DNA from: Candidatus Heimdallarchaeota archaeon
GTDB lineage: Archaea > Asgardarchaeota > Heimdallarchaeia > Heimdallarchaeales > Kariarchaeaceae
Assembly (NCBI GenBank): GCA_030149205.1
Contig: JASBSB010000001.1
Span: forward strand, 120,001 to 152,000
Length of the DNA: 32,000 nt
Reading direction: 5' to 3'
The notes under the pieces are model-generated. The model worked only from the letters and a program-made list of their open reading frames with translations. It did no database searches and was not told where the DNA came from. Both the position numbers and the translations under genes were made by a program. This document shows, piece after piece, positions 17,514 to 26,028 of the stretch. The first letter of the stretch is position 1. Every line of letters begins with the position of its first letter.

Positions 17514-19702
17514 GGCTTTTTAAAATGGAAATTCGCCATATCTTTAGGAATTTTGCCCATACCTCTACTTGATGAATGAATTGGAACTGGGAGCTTAGTT
17601 TCAATTCTATCCCATCCAGAATAACAATGGCATAAATCAAAAATCTCATAAAGAAGTTTTTCAAATCTCTCCTCATCACATTTAATATTTCTTAATACAA
17701 TTGGATTTTGAGTCCCAACATTTCCTTGTGTTGAAATTAAACCAACTTCAGTCTTAGATATCCAATAAAAAGTCCCAATATGTGGCCGAAATATTCTATT
17801 TTTTTCATTCTTTGAATAAATACGAAGTGGAGACGAAGAAATTACCTCAACAATTGAATGTTTTAAATTAAGAATATTAAGGCTATGTTCAATATCTTTT
17901 AATTCTCTATCATAAAATTTTCCATTCTTTATTAAAACTACTTCATCATTATTTTTAGTGAGTAACTTAAAAGCACTTTCAAAATTTTGTTGACGATTTT
18001 CGACGTTATCAGAAATGTAGTATCCTCCACTAAATCTACCCGAATTATAATATGAATTTAGTAACCCCCGATATTTAGTTGCATCTAGTGAGATGTTTTG
18101 AGATTGCAAACCAATATATTTTACAAAACCATTTTCATTAACATTCAGTAACCATGAATGTAGACCTAACTTTGCAATTATACCCAAAAATATATTCCGA
18201 AAATACCCATTTTGTCTTGATTCAATTTTATCCTTCAGAACATTAAAATTAATTCCCTGATGAGGATATTCATTTTTTATTAATTCACCAGATACTAATT
18301 CTTTGAATTCACTATCTACACTATCATTATCAGAATGAACCACTATGATACAATTGTTGTTATTTACAAATTTATCCATATATTCTGATAAGTCTCCCTT
18401 TTTTTCGAGAAGTTTTATTTCATCAAACTCAATTTCTGTACTAAGAAATTGTTGAAGAATGATTATTTCTTTTGTTTCTTTTAGAAATGGCTTTTTTATT
18501 AATCCTAATTGATATTCATTATACTCTCGATATAATAAAATCGATATTTTTAACTTTTCGGGACCCTTATCAAATATCCCATATTTTTGAATTTCTAATG
18601 CTGGGTAATCAGTCCTATGTGAATTACCAATAATGTAATTATTCAAATCTAATAGTCCAGAGTTACATGAGTTCCAAGATTGAAAGTTTCTAATTGGATT
18701 TAGAGTTATTGAACCCACGGTTAAATTACCTATAAAACGCATATAATTCTGTGATCGTTTAAATCTAATCGGAGGGTCAGGCCTAATTTGTTTCATCAGG
18801 GCACCTCTATCATGATAATCCAAATGTGAAAATGTTGGTAATTCTCGAATTCTTTCTAAAGGGTATGAATAATACTCATCATTATCATTTTTATAGAATG
18901 ATAACGCAATAGGTGGTTCATCTTGTATAAATTCACCAAGCACGGGTGCTCTAGGACAAATGAATTTTTGTTTGTGAAACTCAATTATATCTAAATTATC
19001 AATTATTACCTCTGAAGGTTTCTTATTTACAATTTTTTTCAATTTCACAGTCTTCCCAGTTCCAGCATATCTACAGTTTGAGAAAGGATCCTGTTTTTCT
19101 GGACATTGAATAATTGGACAAGTATCTACATAATAATTTTTCGGATTTATTTCTATACTAGAATATGAAAGTTTCTCTCTCAATGATACGGATGAATGAA
19201 ATTTATATTTGAGATCAACTATTACTCCAACTTCACCATTTTTAAGCAAAATTGGAGCATATTGAAATCCTGGGAAAACATCAATTTTTCCAAAACCCTC
19301 GATGGTCTCAGGGCTAGAAACCTCAAATATTGAATTGTAAGTTTCTTGTATCTTCCATAATTTATTACTATGTCGTAAATTGACAGCAATAGCATCTCCA
19401 ATAATTCTTTTCAATAGATCTAAATCATCATCATTTTGGGCTGAAACTAATCTACTAGTAGGAGGAAATAAATTTACTGCCAAATCTTTTTCGAAATCAT
19501 CTTCAAGTAATTCGGTTGAAATTATCTTATCTCCAAATTGAATTATAATTTTACGTCGATTATCTGGAACTTTCCTAAGATTAAGTAATACATCACCAAG
19601 TTTTCGAAAGTTTATTTCTTCTTTTTTCCTATATTCAAAGACTGTAACTTTATCTTTGAATGGTGTTTTTTCAAATTTTAAAATATTAGTTATTATTTCC
19701 AT
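17501..19702 (-). CDS. ago: Long prokaryotic Argonaute (N-L1-PAZ-L2-MID-PIWI), catalytically inactive
   Basis: L1 DVFPGFQY...VIVDLKYKF; PAZ end YSYPLE; L2 IRPDPPIRF; MID YPHQGI...NIFLGIIAKLGLHSW; PIWI YIGLQ, VVLIKNG, GTQNPIVL, KLPVPIHSSS; terminal PWFI. Tetrad Asp positions read Q533, N593 and S712. Confidence 0.9.
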   Translation of the reverse strand: MEIITNILKFEKTPFKDKVTVFEYRKKEEINFRKLGDVLLNLRKVPDNRRKIIIQFGDKIISTELLEDDFEKDLAVNLFPPTSRLVSAQNDDDLDLLKRIIGDAIAVNLRHSNKLWKIQETYNSIFEVSSPETIEGFGKIDVFPGFQYAPILLKNGEVGVIVDLKYKFHSSVSLREKLSYSSIEINPKNYYVDTCPIIQCPEKQDPFSNCRYAGTGKTVKLKKIVNKKPSEVIIDNLDIIEFHKQKFICPRAPVLGEFIQDEPPIALSFYKNDNDEYYSYPLERIRELPTFSHLDYHDRGALMKQIRPDPPIRFKRSQNYMRFIGNLTVGSITLNPIRNFQSWNSCNSGLLDLNNYIIGNSHRTDYPALEIQKYGIFDKGPEKLKISILLYREYNEYQLGLIKKPFLKETKEIIILQQFLSTEIEFDEIKLLEKKGDLSEYMDKFVNNNNCIIVVHSDNDSVDSEFKELVSGELIKNEYPHQGINFNVLKDKIESRQNGYFRNIFLGIIAKLGLHSWLLNVNENGFVKYIGLQSQNISLDATKYRGLLNSYYNSGRFSGGYYISDNVENRQQNFESAFKLLTKNNDEVVLIKNGKFYDRELKDIEHSLNILNLKHSIVEVISSSPLRIYSKNEKNRIFRPHIGTFYWISKTEVGLISTQGNVGTQNPIVLRNIKCDEERFEKLLYEIFDLCHCYSGWDRIETKLPVPIHSSSRGMGKIPKDMANFHFKKPWFI

Positions 19703-19704
19703 AT

Positions 19705-20391
19705 TTATCTCTCTTTGTTTTTAAGTAACTCAAATGAACTTATCACCGCAAGGTCTGTGTTAACCGTTTTTGTTAGTATTTTCTTACAAGCTGAATGCAT
19801 TATGAAAAATCCTGTACCTAACGCAGTTTTCATTAACTCGTTTTTTGCGGATTGCAATAAAATATCATTAACTATTATTTCAGGATGAACTGATGTTGAA
19901 AAATATACTTGGATTGTAAATGAACTCGTATCATCCAAAAACAAAAAAGAATTTATTCCATCTTTTTTCCAATTACACTTCAGTGAAAAAAGATCTTCAA
20001 TTCTTGAATTAAACCCGTCTAATCTATTAAATTCTTCGCTAATTTCTTTGATAGGTAGTATAATTGAAGATTTTAACAAATAATTCCCCATAACTCTCAG
20101 GTGCCAATTAGAATTAAATTTATCTACGTCTAATACTTGTATAGTTTGATTGGATTGATACAATCCTGTATCTTCTTCATAAGAAAGCAGATTATCTTTA
20201 GTTAATTGGCTAAGTATCATTTCAACTTCTACATTTGGTATATGATCAAAATATAGATTACTTCTCCCAGAACTCATCCAAATATGTTTCACTATATTTG
20301 ATTTTTTTGCACTACCATAATCTCGCAGGAAATCAAGAATTAATTTTTTAATTGCTTTCTCCATTGAATCTTTAGGTTTCATATCAATCAC
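19705..20391 (-). CDS. Winged-helix protein with a possible degenerate restriction-endonuclease (Mrr-like) C-terminal region
   Basis: N-terminal wHTH pattern (LILDFLRDYGSAKKSNIV...VEMILSQLTKDNLLSYEEDTGLY). C-terminal beta/alpha region with FTIQVY where Mrr has xQxK. GTG 20391 overlaps the upstream TGA; alternative ATG at 20382. Confidence 0.5.
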   Translation of the reverse strand: MIDMKPKDSMEKAIKKLILDFLRDYGSAKKSNIVKHIWMSSGRSNLYFDHIPNVEVEMILSQLTKDNLLSYEEDTGLYQSNQTIQVLDVDKFNSNWHLRVMGNYLLKSSIILPIKEISEEFNRLDGFNSRIEDLFSLKCNWKKDGINSFLFLDDTSSFTIQVYFSTSVHPEIIVNDILLQSAKNELMKTALGTGFFIMHSACKKILTKTVNTDLAVISSFELLKNKER

Positions 20392-21428
20392 CTGACTATC
20401 TCCTTAATCTTTGACTTTAGTTCTTCAGAATTATCTACAATTACAACATTCTTAAAATTGTAGCGTATTTCATCATAATATTGATTAGAATTGTTTAAAA
20501 TAATAAAATGGGTAATATCAATAAACGAAGTAAAAGCAAAATTAATTTCATCTACCTCTTCAGAAGGTAAATGCATATCTACAATCCATAATCCAATTTT
20601 TAGGTTATTCAATTCAATGTAAATGGGAATTGTTATACTCTCATTCTGACTATTTGTAATCTTTATTTCCTTACGGATAAAAATTGGATTGAATTCTTGA
20701 ATTACATTGAGGAAGCTTTGACCAATTTTCTCCTGTAAATACTTGAAATCATCACTGAAAGCCGGAATTCCAGATATTTCCTCAAAATCTTTTGCTGTGT
20801 ATTTTGTTCTCATTTGAGAGCTTGATTTTGTAATTATTTGTTCTATTATATCTTGAAATATTTGTTTAGGATTACGAATTAGAATATTATATTTTGATAG
20901 CTCTTCAAGACATTTACTCTTAATATTATCGAATGGACTTGATGGATGATTGGGGGCAAAATAATTCCAAACAAATTCTATTTTTTTGAATACTTCAATT
21001 TTTTTCTGATCTGTGAATTTTCCTTTGAAAAGAGAATTTATTCTACCTTTATCAGCATTTGAAATTTCTAAATTGTTCTGAAGGTTTTGTTGAATTTGCA
21101 GTAGTTCAGTAATTTCTGCATTCCAACCCGATTGAGTTGTAAATCGAAATTTAATTTCTTTTCCAGATAAATTTTTTTCATCTTCCTGTATGAACTTTGT
21201 TAAAATTGGTATCAAACTTGATTTATTCCAGACACTATGTTCTTTTTTCTTTACCTGTTCAAATATAAAGTACCCAGTATATTCTATGTTAATATCTTCT
21301 AATTCATCATCCTTTGATTCAAATTCAATTGATAAAATCTGATCTCCTTTAATGAATTCAATGACTCTTAGTACTCCAACCATATTTTGGTAATTAATAC
21401 CATAGTTTGTATCAATTCCACTTGGCAA
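20388..21428 (-). CDS. Cap4/DUF4297-like dsDNA PD-(D/E)XK nuclease-domain protein
   Basis: N-terminal GINYQ...IEFE...LEDINI...FEQVK...W pattern (D45, Q58-x-K60) as in Cap4/LmuA-type nuclease effectors. TTG start. Confidence 0.72.
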   Translation of the reverse strand: MPSGIDTNYGINYQNMVGVLRVIEFIKGDQILSIEFESKDDELEDINIEYTGYFIFEQVKKKEHSVWNKSSLIPILTKFIQEDEKNLSGKEIKFRFTTQSGWNAEITELLQIQQNLQNNLEISNADKGRINSLFKGKFTDQKKIEVFKKIEFVWNYFAPNHPSSPFDNIKSKCLEELSKYNILIRNPKQIFQDIIEQIITKSSSQMRTKYTAKDFEEISGIPAFSDDFKYLQEKIGQSFLNVIQEFNPIFIRKEIKITNSQNESITIPIYIELNNLKIGLWIVDMHLPSEEVDEINFAFTSFIDITHFIILNNSNQYYDEIRYNFKNVVIVDNSEELKSKIKEIVR

Positions 21429-21810
21429 TATTTTAAATCTAGTTTTCTTTATAATAATTCAGAGATATTGTAATAATCAAAATGAAAGTTTTAAAAATTT
21501 AAATATACAATATGTGATATCAAAAAAATTTTATTGCAAAGACTTAAAATAAATGAGAACTCGAAGCTGGATAAAGACCTATAACCGTGATTTCCTTGAA
21601 ATATCTCGGATATAATCAAGAAAATAAATTAGTAAATCTAAATCTTGATTGAAATATTCTTCGTCTACTAATTATTCTTATTATATTGTTATCTTATAAG
21701 AGTTGGAAGTACACAGATATTCGACTTGCTAAGTCAGTATACAATATATATTCAACCAGTATCTTTCAACTATGACTACCAATTCCAAAAAAAAAATGAA
21801 ATTGAATGAA

Positions 21811-22953
21811 TTAATCCAGGTGTTTATTGTTTTTCTTAATATGCTGCAATGTATCTTCATTGTGAGCTGCCAAATACTCAAAAGAATTGTCATACATAGT
21901 TTGATTTAATCTATGAATAATGTCACTTTTTACGAAAATACTATATTCAACAGGAGTTTTGTTATCAATTGTAGATAAATTATTTGTTATGTATTTCATA
22001 AAATTTTCCAGATTTAACAATCCTATCGCAATTGTGGGATTAATTGGTATGTAATATTCTAACATAACTGATACTCCATTTACTATTAACTCTGCTATAA
22101 TCAATGGATTGTCTGAAGTAATTAATTCTACAGGGTGGTCTTGAGGATTTAGTCCAGATAGATTAATTATGATGATCGGCCTGAGTTCAGTATGTTTTAG
22201 TGGTTTATCAACTGTTTCATCAGGCAATTTTTGTAAAACTTCTCTGATTTTATTTTCAATTTCGATTTGACTATCTTTATGATCTAAAGATTTCTTTATT
22301 CCGATACTAATATTTTTACTTATTAAGGATATCATACCTTGTAAGTCGTTTTTTAAAAAATACCCCTGTGCTTTTTGTAAAAACACCTCGTCATATTTAA
22401 TATTACTTTGATATAGAATCTCCTGTGTTTCAGTGCTAATAAAACTAAAATCCAATATCTTACTAAATTTCATGTAATTTCTAAATGAAGGTGTTCTAAA
22501 CGTTAGATGATTAATAAAATCACATAAAATTTCGAAATTTGATTGCAAATGCATAGCATCTATGAAAGTCTCCGCAAATTTTTTTATATCTAATGATTTT
22601 TTGAATATGTTATCTCTATTACTAGGGTTGTAAATTTTTATTTTCTCAGTTTGAAAATTTAATTTTTCTAATCCAGTAAAGAACTTAGCGACTTTATCCT
22701 CAGCTTCACTCATCAAATCGTCAATCAGTTCCTCTAAAAACCTTGGAGAATAAAAACTTTGATTAATCTTTTTTTTGTCAATATCCCCAGTCTTTTTGTT
22801 CAACCTAAATACTCTTTTCTTTTTGTTATCTTTTTCAAAATCCTCCTCAATAACAAAATTTCGTAGAAACCACTGAGGAATATAATGTTGTTTTCTGCCT
22901 GACATGAACATAACTGTGGAATAATTGTATATTATAGTATTTGAACGAGACAT
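21811..22953 (-). CDS. DUF4238 domain protein
   Basis: QHYIPQWFLRNF near the N-terminus, LTFRTPSFR, LITSDNPL and YIPINPTIAI. Confidence 0.85.
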   Translation of the reverse strand: MSRSNTIIYNYSTVMFMSGRKQHYIPQWFLRNFVIEEDFEKDNKKKRVFRLNKKTGDIDKKKINQSFYSPRFLEELIDDLMSEAEDKVAKFFTGLEKLNFQTEKIKIYNPSNRDNIFKKSLDIKKFAETFIDAMHLQSNFEILCDFINHLTFRTPSFRNYMKFSKILDFSFISTETQEILYQSNIKYDEVFLQKAQGYFLKNDLQGMISLISKNISIGIKKSLDHKDSQIEIENKIREVLQKLPDETVDKPLKHTELRPIIIINLSGLNPQDHPVELITSDNPLIIAELIVNGVSVMLEYYIPINPTIAIGLLNLENFMKYITNNLSTIDNKTPVEYSIFVKSDIIHRLNQTMYDNSFEYLAAHNEDTLQHIKKNNKHLD

Positions 22954-23060
22954 TACAAAATTAATCGATAATTAGATCATTTTCTGAAATTTCAAAGGTT
23001 TGTGTTAACAAAAATAATATTAGTCAATATTTCAGACTTGTGTTTCAATCAACAACTAAT

Positions 23061-23675
23061 CTACGAATCGAAACCTTCAATTTCTTCAAGATCGTCATAG
23101 GTCTGTCTAACTGCTTGATGAACTTGATCTTCGGTCTTTGCACCAGTACACACAAGATTCCCACTTTGGAAGAGCAACAATACTGTTTTAGGTTCTTTTA
23201 ATCGATAGATAAGTCCAGGAAACTGCTCAGGTTCATACATTGATTGTTCTAACCACATGTTTGCGGCTTCAAGGTTAATCACCCTATTGTTGAAATTCCC
23301 AGAGGCAACAATATTTTGGACGATAATTTCAGGAGTCTCTTCAATGGTTGTGCCCACAGTTCTTAGGATATCAATCATCTGATAAACACCTTGATGAACC
23401 ATTTCCTCAGATTTTGCACCCGTTATAACCAGTTTACCACTTGAAAACACAAGGGATGAGATTTTAGGCTTTTTAGTTTTTAAGATCAGACCAGGAAACT
23501 GTTCTGGGTTATAGCTTACTTCTAATTCATCATCATCAATTAACTGTTGAAAGATACTGACTAAATCTATGTTTGTGAACAGGTTAACTGAAGCTACACA
23601 GTTTTGGATTATAATTTTGAAATCTAATCCGTCGTCTTTGTTTTTTTCTCTTGAGGGAAGTGTTTCTTGACTCAT
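23061..23675 (-). CDS. tbp: TATA-box-binding protein
   Basis: Two repeats: IQNCVAS...YNPEQFPGLI...LVFSSGKLVITGAK and VQNIVAS...YEPEQFPGLIYR...LLFQSGNLVCTGAK. Confidence 0.98.
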   Translation of the reverse strand: MSQETLPSREKNKDDGLDFKIIIQNCVASVNLFTNIDLVSIFQQLIDDDELEVSYNPEQFPGLILKTKKPKISSLVFSSGKLVITGAKSEEMVHQGVYQMIDILRTVGTTIEETPEIIVQNIVASGNFNNRVINLEAANMWLEQSMYEPEQFPGLIYRLKEPKTVLLLFQSGNLVCTGAKTEDQVHQAVRQTYDDLEEIEGFDS

Positions 23676-23817
23676 CTTGATTCAAAATGATTAAGAACTT
23701 GCTCTTTTATAAGGCTTAGTAAAAATATCTTTTATTTTGTATGTTCTGATACATAAAAACACACGCTTGAATTGTAAAGAGAATGCATTTTTCTACAATT
23801 TTCCTACGACACAGTAA

Positions 23818-24363
23818 CTATTTTCTTACAAGCTTTTGGTTATCTTGAATCTTCCCAGCAATTTGCTCAATTTTTAATTCTAGAACCTTGATGATTTTTG
23901 TATTGTCGAACTCTTCAAGTGTTTCCCCACATTTTGGACAGATGAAATCATACTCCATAGCTTCGTTGAACGTCAAACGGTAACACTCCTTCTTTCCACA
24001 TGTGAAAAACATGTTTTCCTTCTCATGTTGAAGCCGTTCCATAAGTTTCCATTGTATTGCCCTCTGTTTCTTAATAACGACAGAGTTTATGTTTTCAGTC
24101 AGTAGTTTCCAAAAATAAATATACCAACCTGTGTTTTTATCCCTGATCCTACGAAAACTTGCTATCTCCAAATCATGGAGTTTATACAAGGATTTTCTAA
24201 CCTCATCAAGTTTAATGTTTAGCTCATCTGCTATAAATTCATCTGTAACCTCTTCATCTTGATCAATAAGTAGAATGGTTACTTTTCGGATCTCAGGTCC
24301 GGCTACATCCTCCACCATATCTAATAATGTTTGTCTTTCTTGCTCGTTAACTACCAAATCCAC
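23818..24363 (-). CDS. tfe: Transcription factor E (TFIIE-alpha homologue)
   Basis: wHTH (TDEFIADELNIKLDEVRKSLYKL...GWYIYFW) and Zn ribbon (FTCG...C...FNEAMEYDFICPKCG). Confidence 0.95.
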   Translation of the reverse strand: MDLVVNEQERQTLLDMVEDVAGPEIRKVTILLIDQDEEVTDEFIADELNIKLDEVRKSLYKLHDLEIASFRRIRDKNTGWYIYFWKLLTENINSVVIKKQRAIQWKLMERLQHEKENMFFTCGKKECYRLTFNEAMEYDFICPKCGETLEEFDNTKIIKVLELKIEQIAGKIQDNQKLVRK

Positions 24364-24531
24364 AACCTTTATCGAATTGATTACCAGAGGAATACCCTAA
24401 TTAACATTAATTTTTGGTATTAAAACCCATATGATGTTGTACTAATCAATTTCACATAAATTAGCATCAAGCTGAATAATAACTTTTTATTTGCAAAACT
24501 AACAAAGGTTTTAGATTTACCTAACAAATAT

Positions 24532-25122
24532 GTGGTTGTGTTAAAGCTAATTCATCTAAACATTATGAGGATGGTGGATGGAAAACCTCAGGGAGTGCCA
24601 ATTTGGAAGACCCCACTAGATCCTGAAAAACACCCAAATTTGTCAGATGATACAATCACAACGACGCTAGTGAGTCTTTCAAAGCGATTTGTACGACCAT
24701 CCTTAGAGGGAAAAAATTATAATTTTGTAAAACTTTCCTTTAATAACATCATTTTTGATATTTACCTCCCTTCCAGTGGAAAAGATCAGTTTGCTTTAAT
24801 CACTATCTTTCAATCTGAACCCCCAATAAAGACAACAGAAAAAGAAAGAGATGAATTGATTTTAACCTTAGTCTCAAAGATTAAGAAGATAGAAGAATTT
24901 AGAAAGGTATTCACAAAAAGTTTTGGGGATCAAAGTTTAGAGATTGAATTCAATTCCACTCTGTACAAAAAAATCCTCAGTGTGGTCTTTGATGAGGTCG
25001 AAAAGTTCAACAACATTAAACTGCATAAACTGAAAGAGGAGATTGAAAAGAAAAGGAGGATACAGGAGGAGAAAATAGAAAAATTCATGTCAGATACTGA
25101 AAATACAGAGGATAATGAATAA
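24532..25122 (+). CDS. Hypothetical protein (alpha/beta core, possibly longin-like, plus charged coiled-coil tail)
   Basis: 196 aa ORF with a Lys/Glu-rich helical C-terminus; the fold is a guess. Confidence 0.55.
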   Translation: MVVLKLIHLNIMRMVDGKPQGVPIWKTPLDPEKHPNLSDDTITTTLVSLSKRFVRPSLEGKNYNFVKLSFNNIIFDIYLPSSGKDQFALITIFQSEPPIKTTEKERDELILTLVSKIKKIEEFRKVFTKSFGDQSLEIEFNSTLYKKILSVVFDEVEKFNNIKLHKLKEEIEKKRRIQEEKIEKFMSDTENTEDNE

Positions 25123-25185
25123 ATCATCACTCTAAATTACCTCTGTGATGAAAATATTTAATATAAAAGTGAATTATGTTAAGTA

Positions 25186-26028
25186 TTGAATCTTTTTGAT
25201 AAGTATTCCCCGAATAAAAAGAATACAGAAATCAGGGTGGGGACTGTAGAAGAGAATTTTGTTTTAGAAGAACAACCATCAAGGGAAATTGTTTTTAAGT
25301 CAGCCAGTGAAATATTAGAGGACTCAAAGCTCTCCCAACCAATAAGTACTGGGGTCTCGGGTCTAAATCAGCTTTTGCATGGAGGAATAGAGCGAGGTAG
25401 TATTACGGAAGTGTTTGGCTCTCCCACGGTTGGCAAATCTCAATTTGCCTTTCAAATAACCAAGAATAATTCTCTTGGGAAGTATAAACCAATTAGCATT
25501 TTTATTGATACCGAAGGTACTTTTAAACCTCAAAGAATTGTACAAATGTTGAAACATCAAAAAGCAAGTCAATCATCAACCAAAGATGTTCTTGACAATA
25601 TTATGGTGTTCTCAGTGAGTAATTATAAGGATCAAATAAAGGTGGTTCAAAGCATTTTTCAAATGCCAAATCTGGAGAATGTTGGGCTAATTGTAATTGA
25701 TTCTCTAACAAACCTTTTCAGAGCTCAATTGAGCTCAAAAAGCCAAATTATCAGAAGACAGCAACTTATTAATCTTCAACTGTCGAAATTAAGAAGTTTA
25801 GCACAGAGAAACAAAATCGCAGTTCTTGTTACAAATCAGGTCGGAATGGATTACCAAGCCCAACGAAATATTCCAGTTGGTGGAAATATTCTTGCACATG
25901 GGGTGACCCATAGGCTACAGATAGAGAGAATGGACGGTGGAAATAAACGATTGTTTAAAATCGTTAGCTCTCCTTTCATACCAGAAGGTGTAATTGAATT
26001 ACGTTTGACTGAACAAGGGTTAATCTGA
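25186..26028 (+). CDS. RadA/Rad51-family ATPase lacking the N-terminal HhH domain
   Basis: ISTGVSGLNQLLHGGIERGSITEVFGSPTVGKSQ (Walker A), FIDTEGTFKPQRI, LIVIDS (Walker B), VTNQV and GGNILAH. TTG start uncertain. Confidence 0.88.
   Translation: MNLFDKYSPNKKNTEIRVGTVEENFVLEEQPSREIVFKSASEILEDSKLSQPISTGVSGLNQLLHGGIERGSITEVFGSPTVGKSQFAFQITKNNSLGKYKPISIFIDTEGTFKPQRIVQMLKHQKASQSSTKDVLDNIMVFSVSNYKDQIKVVQSIFQMPNLENVGLIVIDSLTNLFRAQLSSKSQIIRRQQLINLQLSKLRSLAQRNKIAVLVTNQVGMDYQAQRNIPVGGNILAHGVTHRLQIERMDGGNKRLFKIVSSPFIPEGVIELRLTEQGLI

Larger units (their letters stand above)
13968..23060. mobile_element. AT-rich defence island between the RING-like gene and tbp (no integrase or att sites seen)
   Basis: Spot counts of single 60-nt lines: 15/60 GC at 16861 versus 26/60 at 4201 and 20/60 at 5941. 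Contains only defence-type genes and long AT-rich spacers. Borders are approximate. Confidence 0.55.

Noticed and set aside
21429-21810. Specific TATA/BRE promoter calls for the operon (e.g. TTATTATAAAG about 20-29 nt upstream of the TTG at 21428)
   Set aside because: Plausible, but the region is so AT-rich that TATA-like words are uninformative without TSS data.
14086-23060. Short shared words ATATTAGTC and CAACTAAT near both island borders as att sites
   Set aside because: 8-9 nt AT-rich matches with different spacing are expected by chance, and no integrase is present.
25186-26028. Assigning the gene symbol radA or radB
   Set aside because: Features are mixed (RadA-like loops, no HhH domain); a phylogeny is needed.
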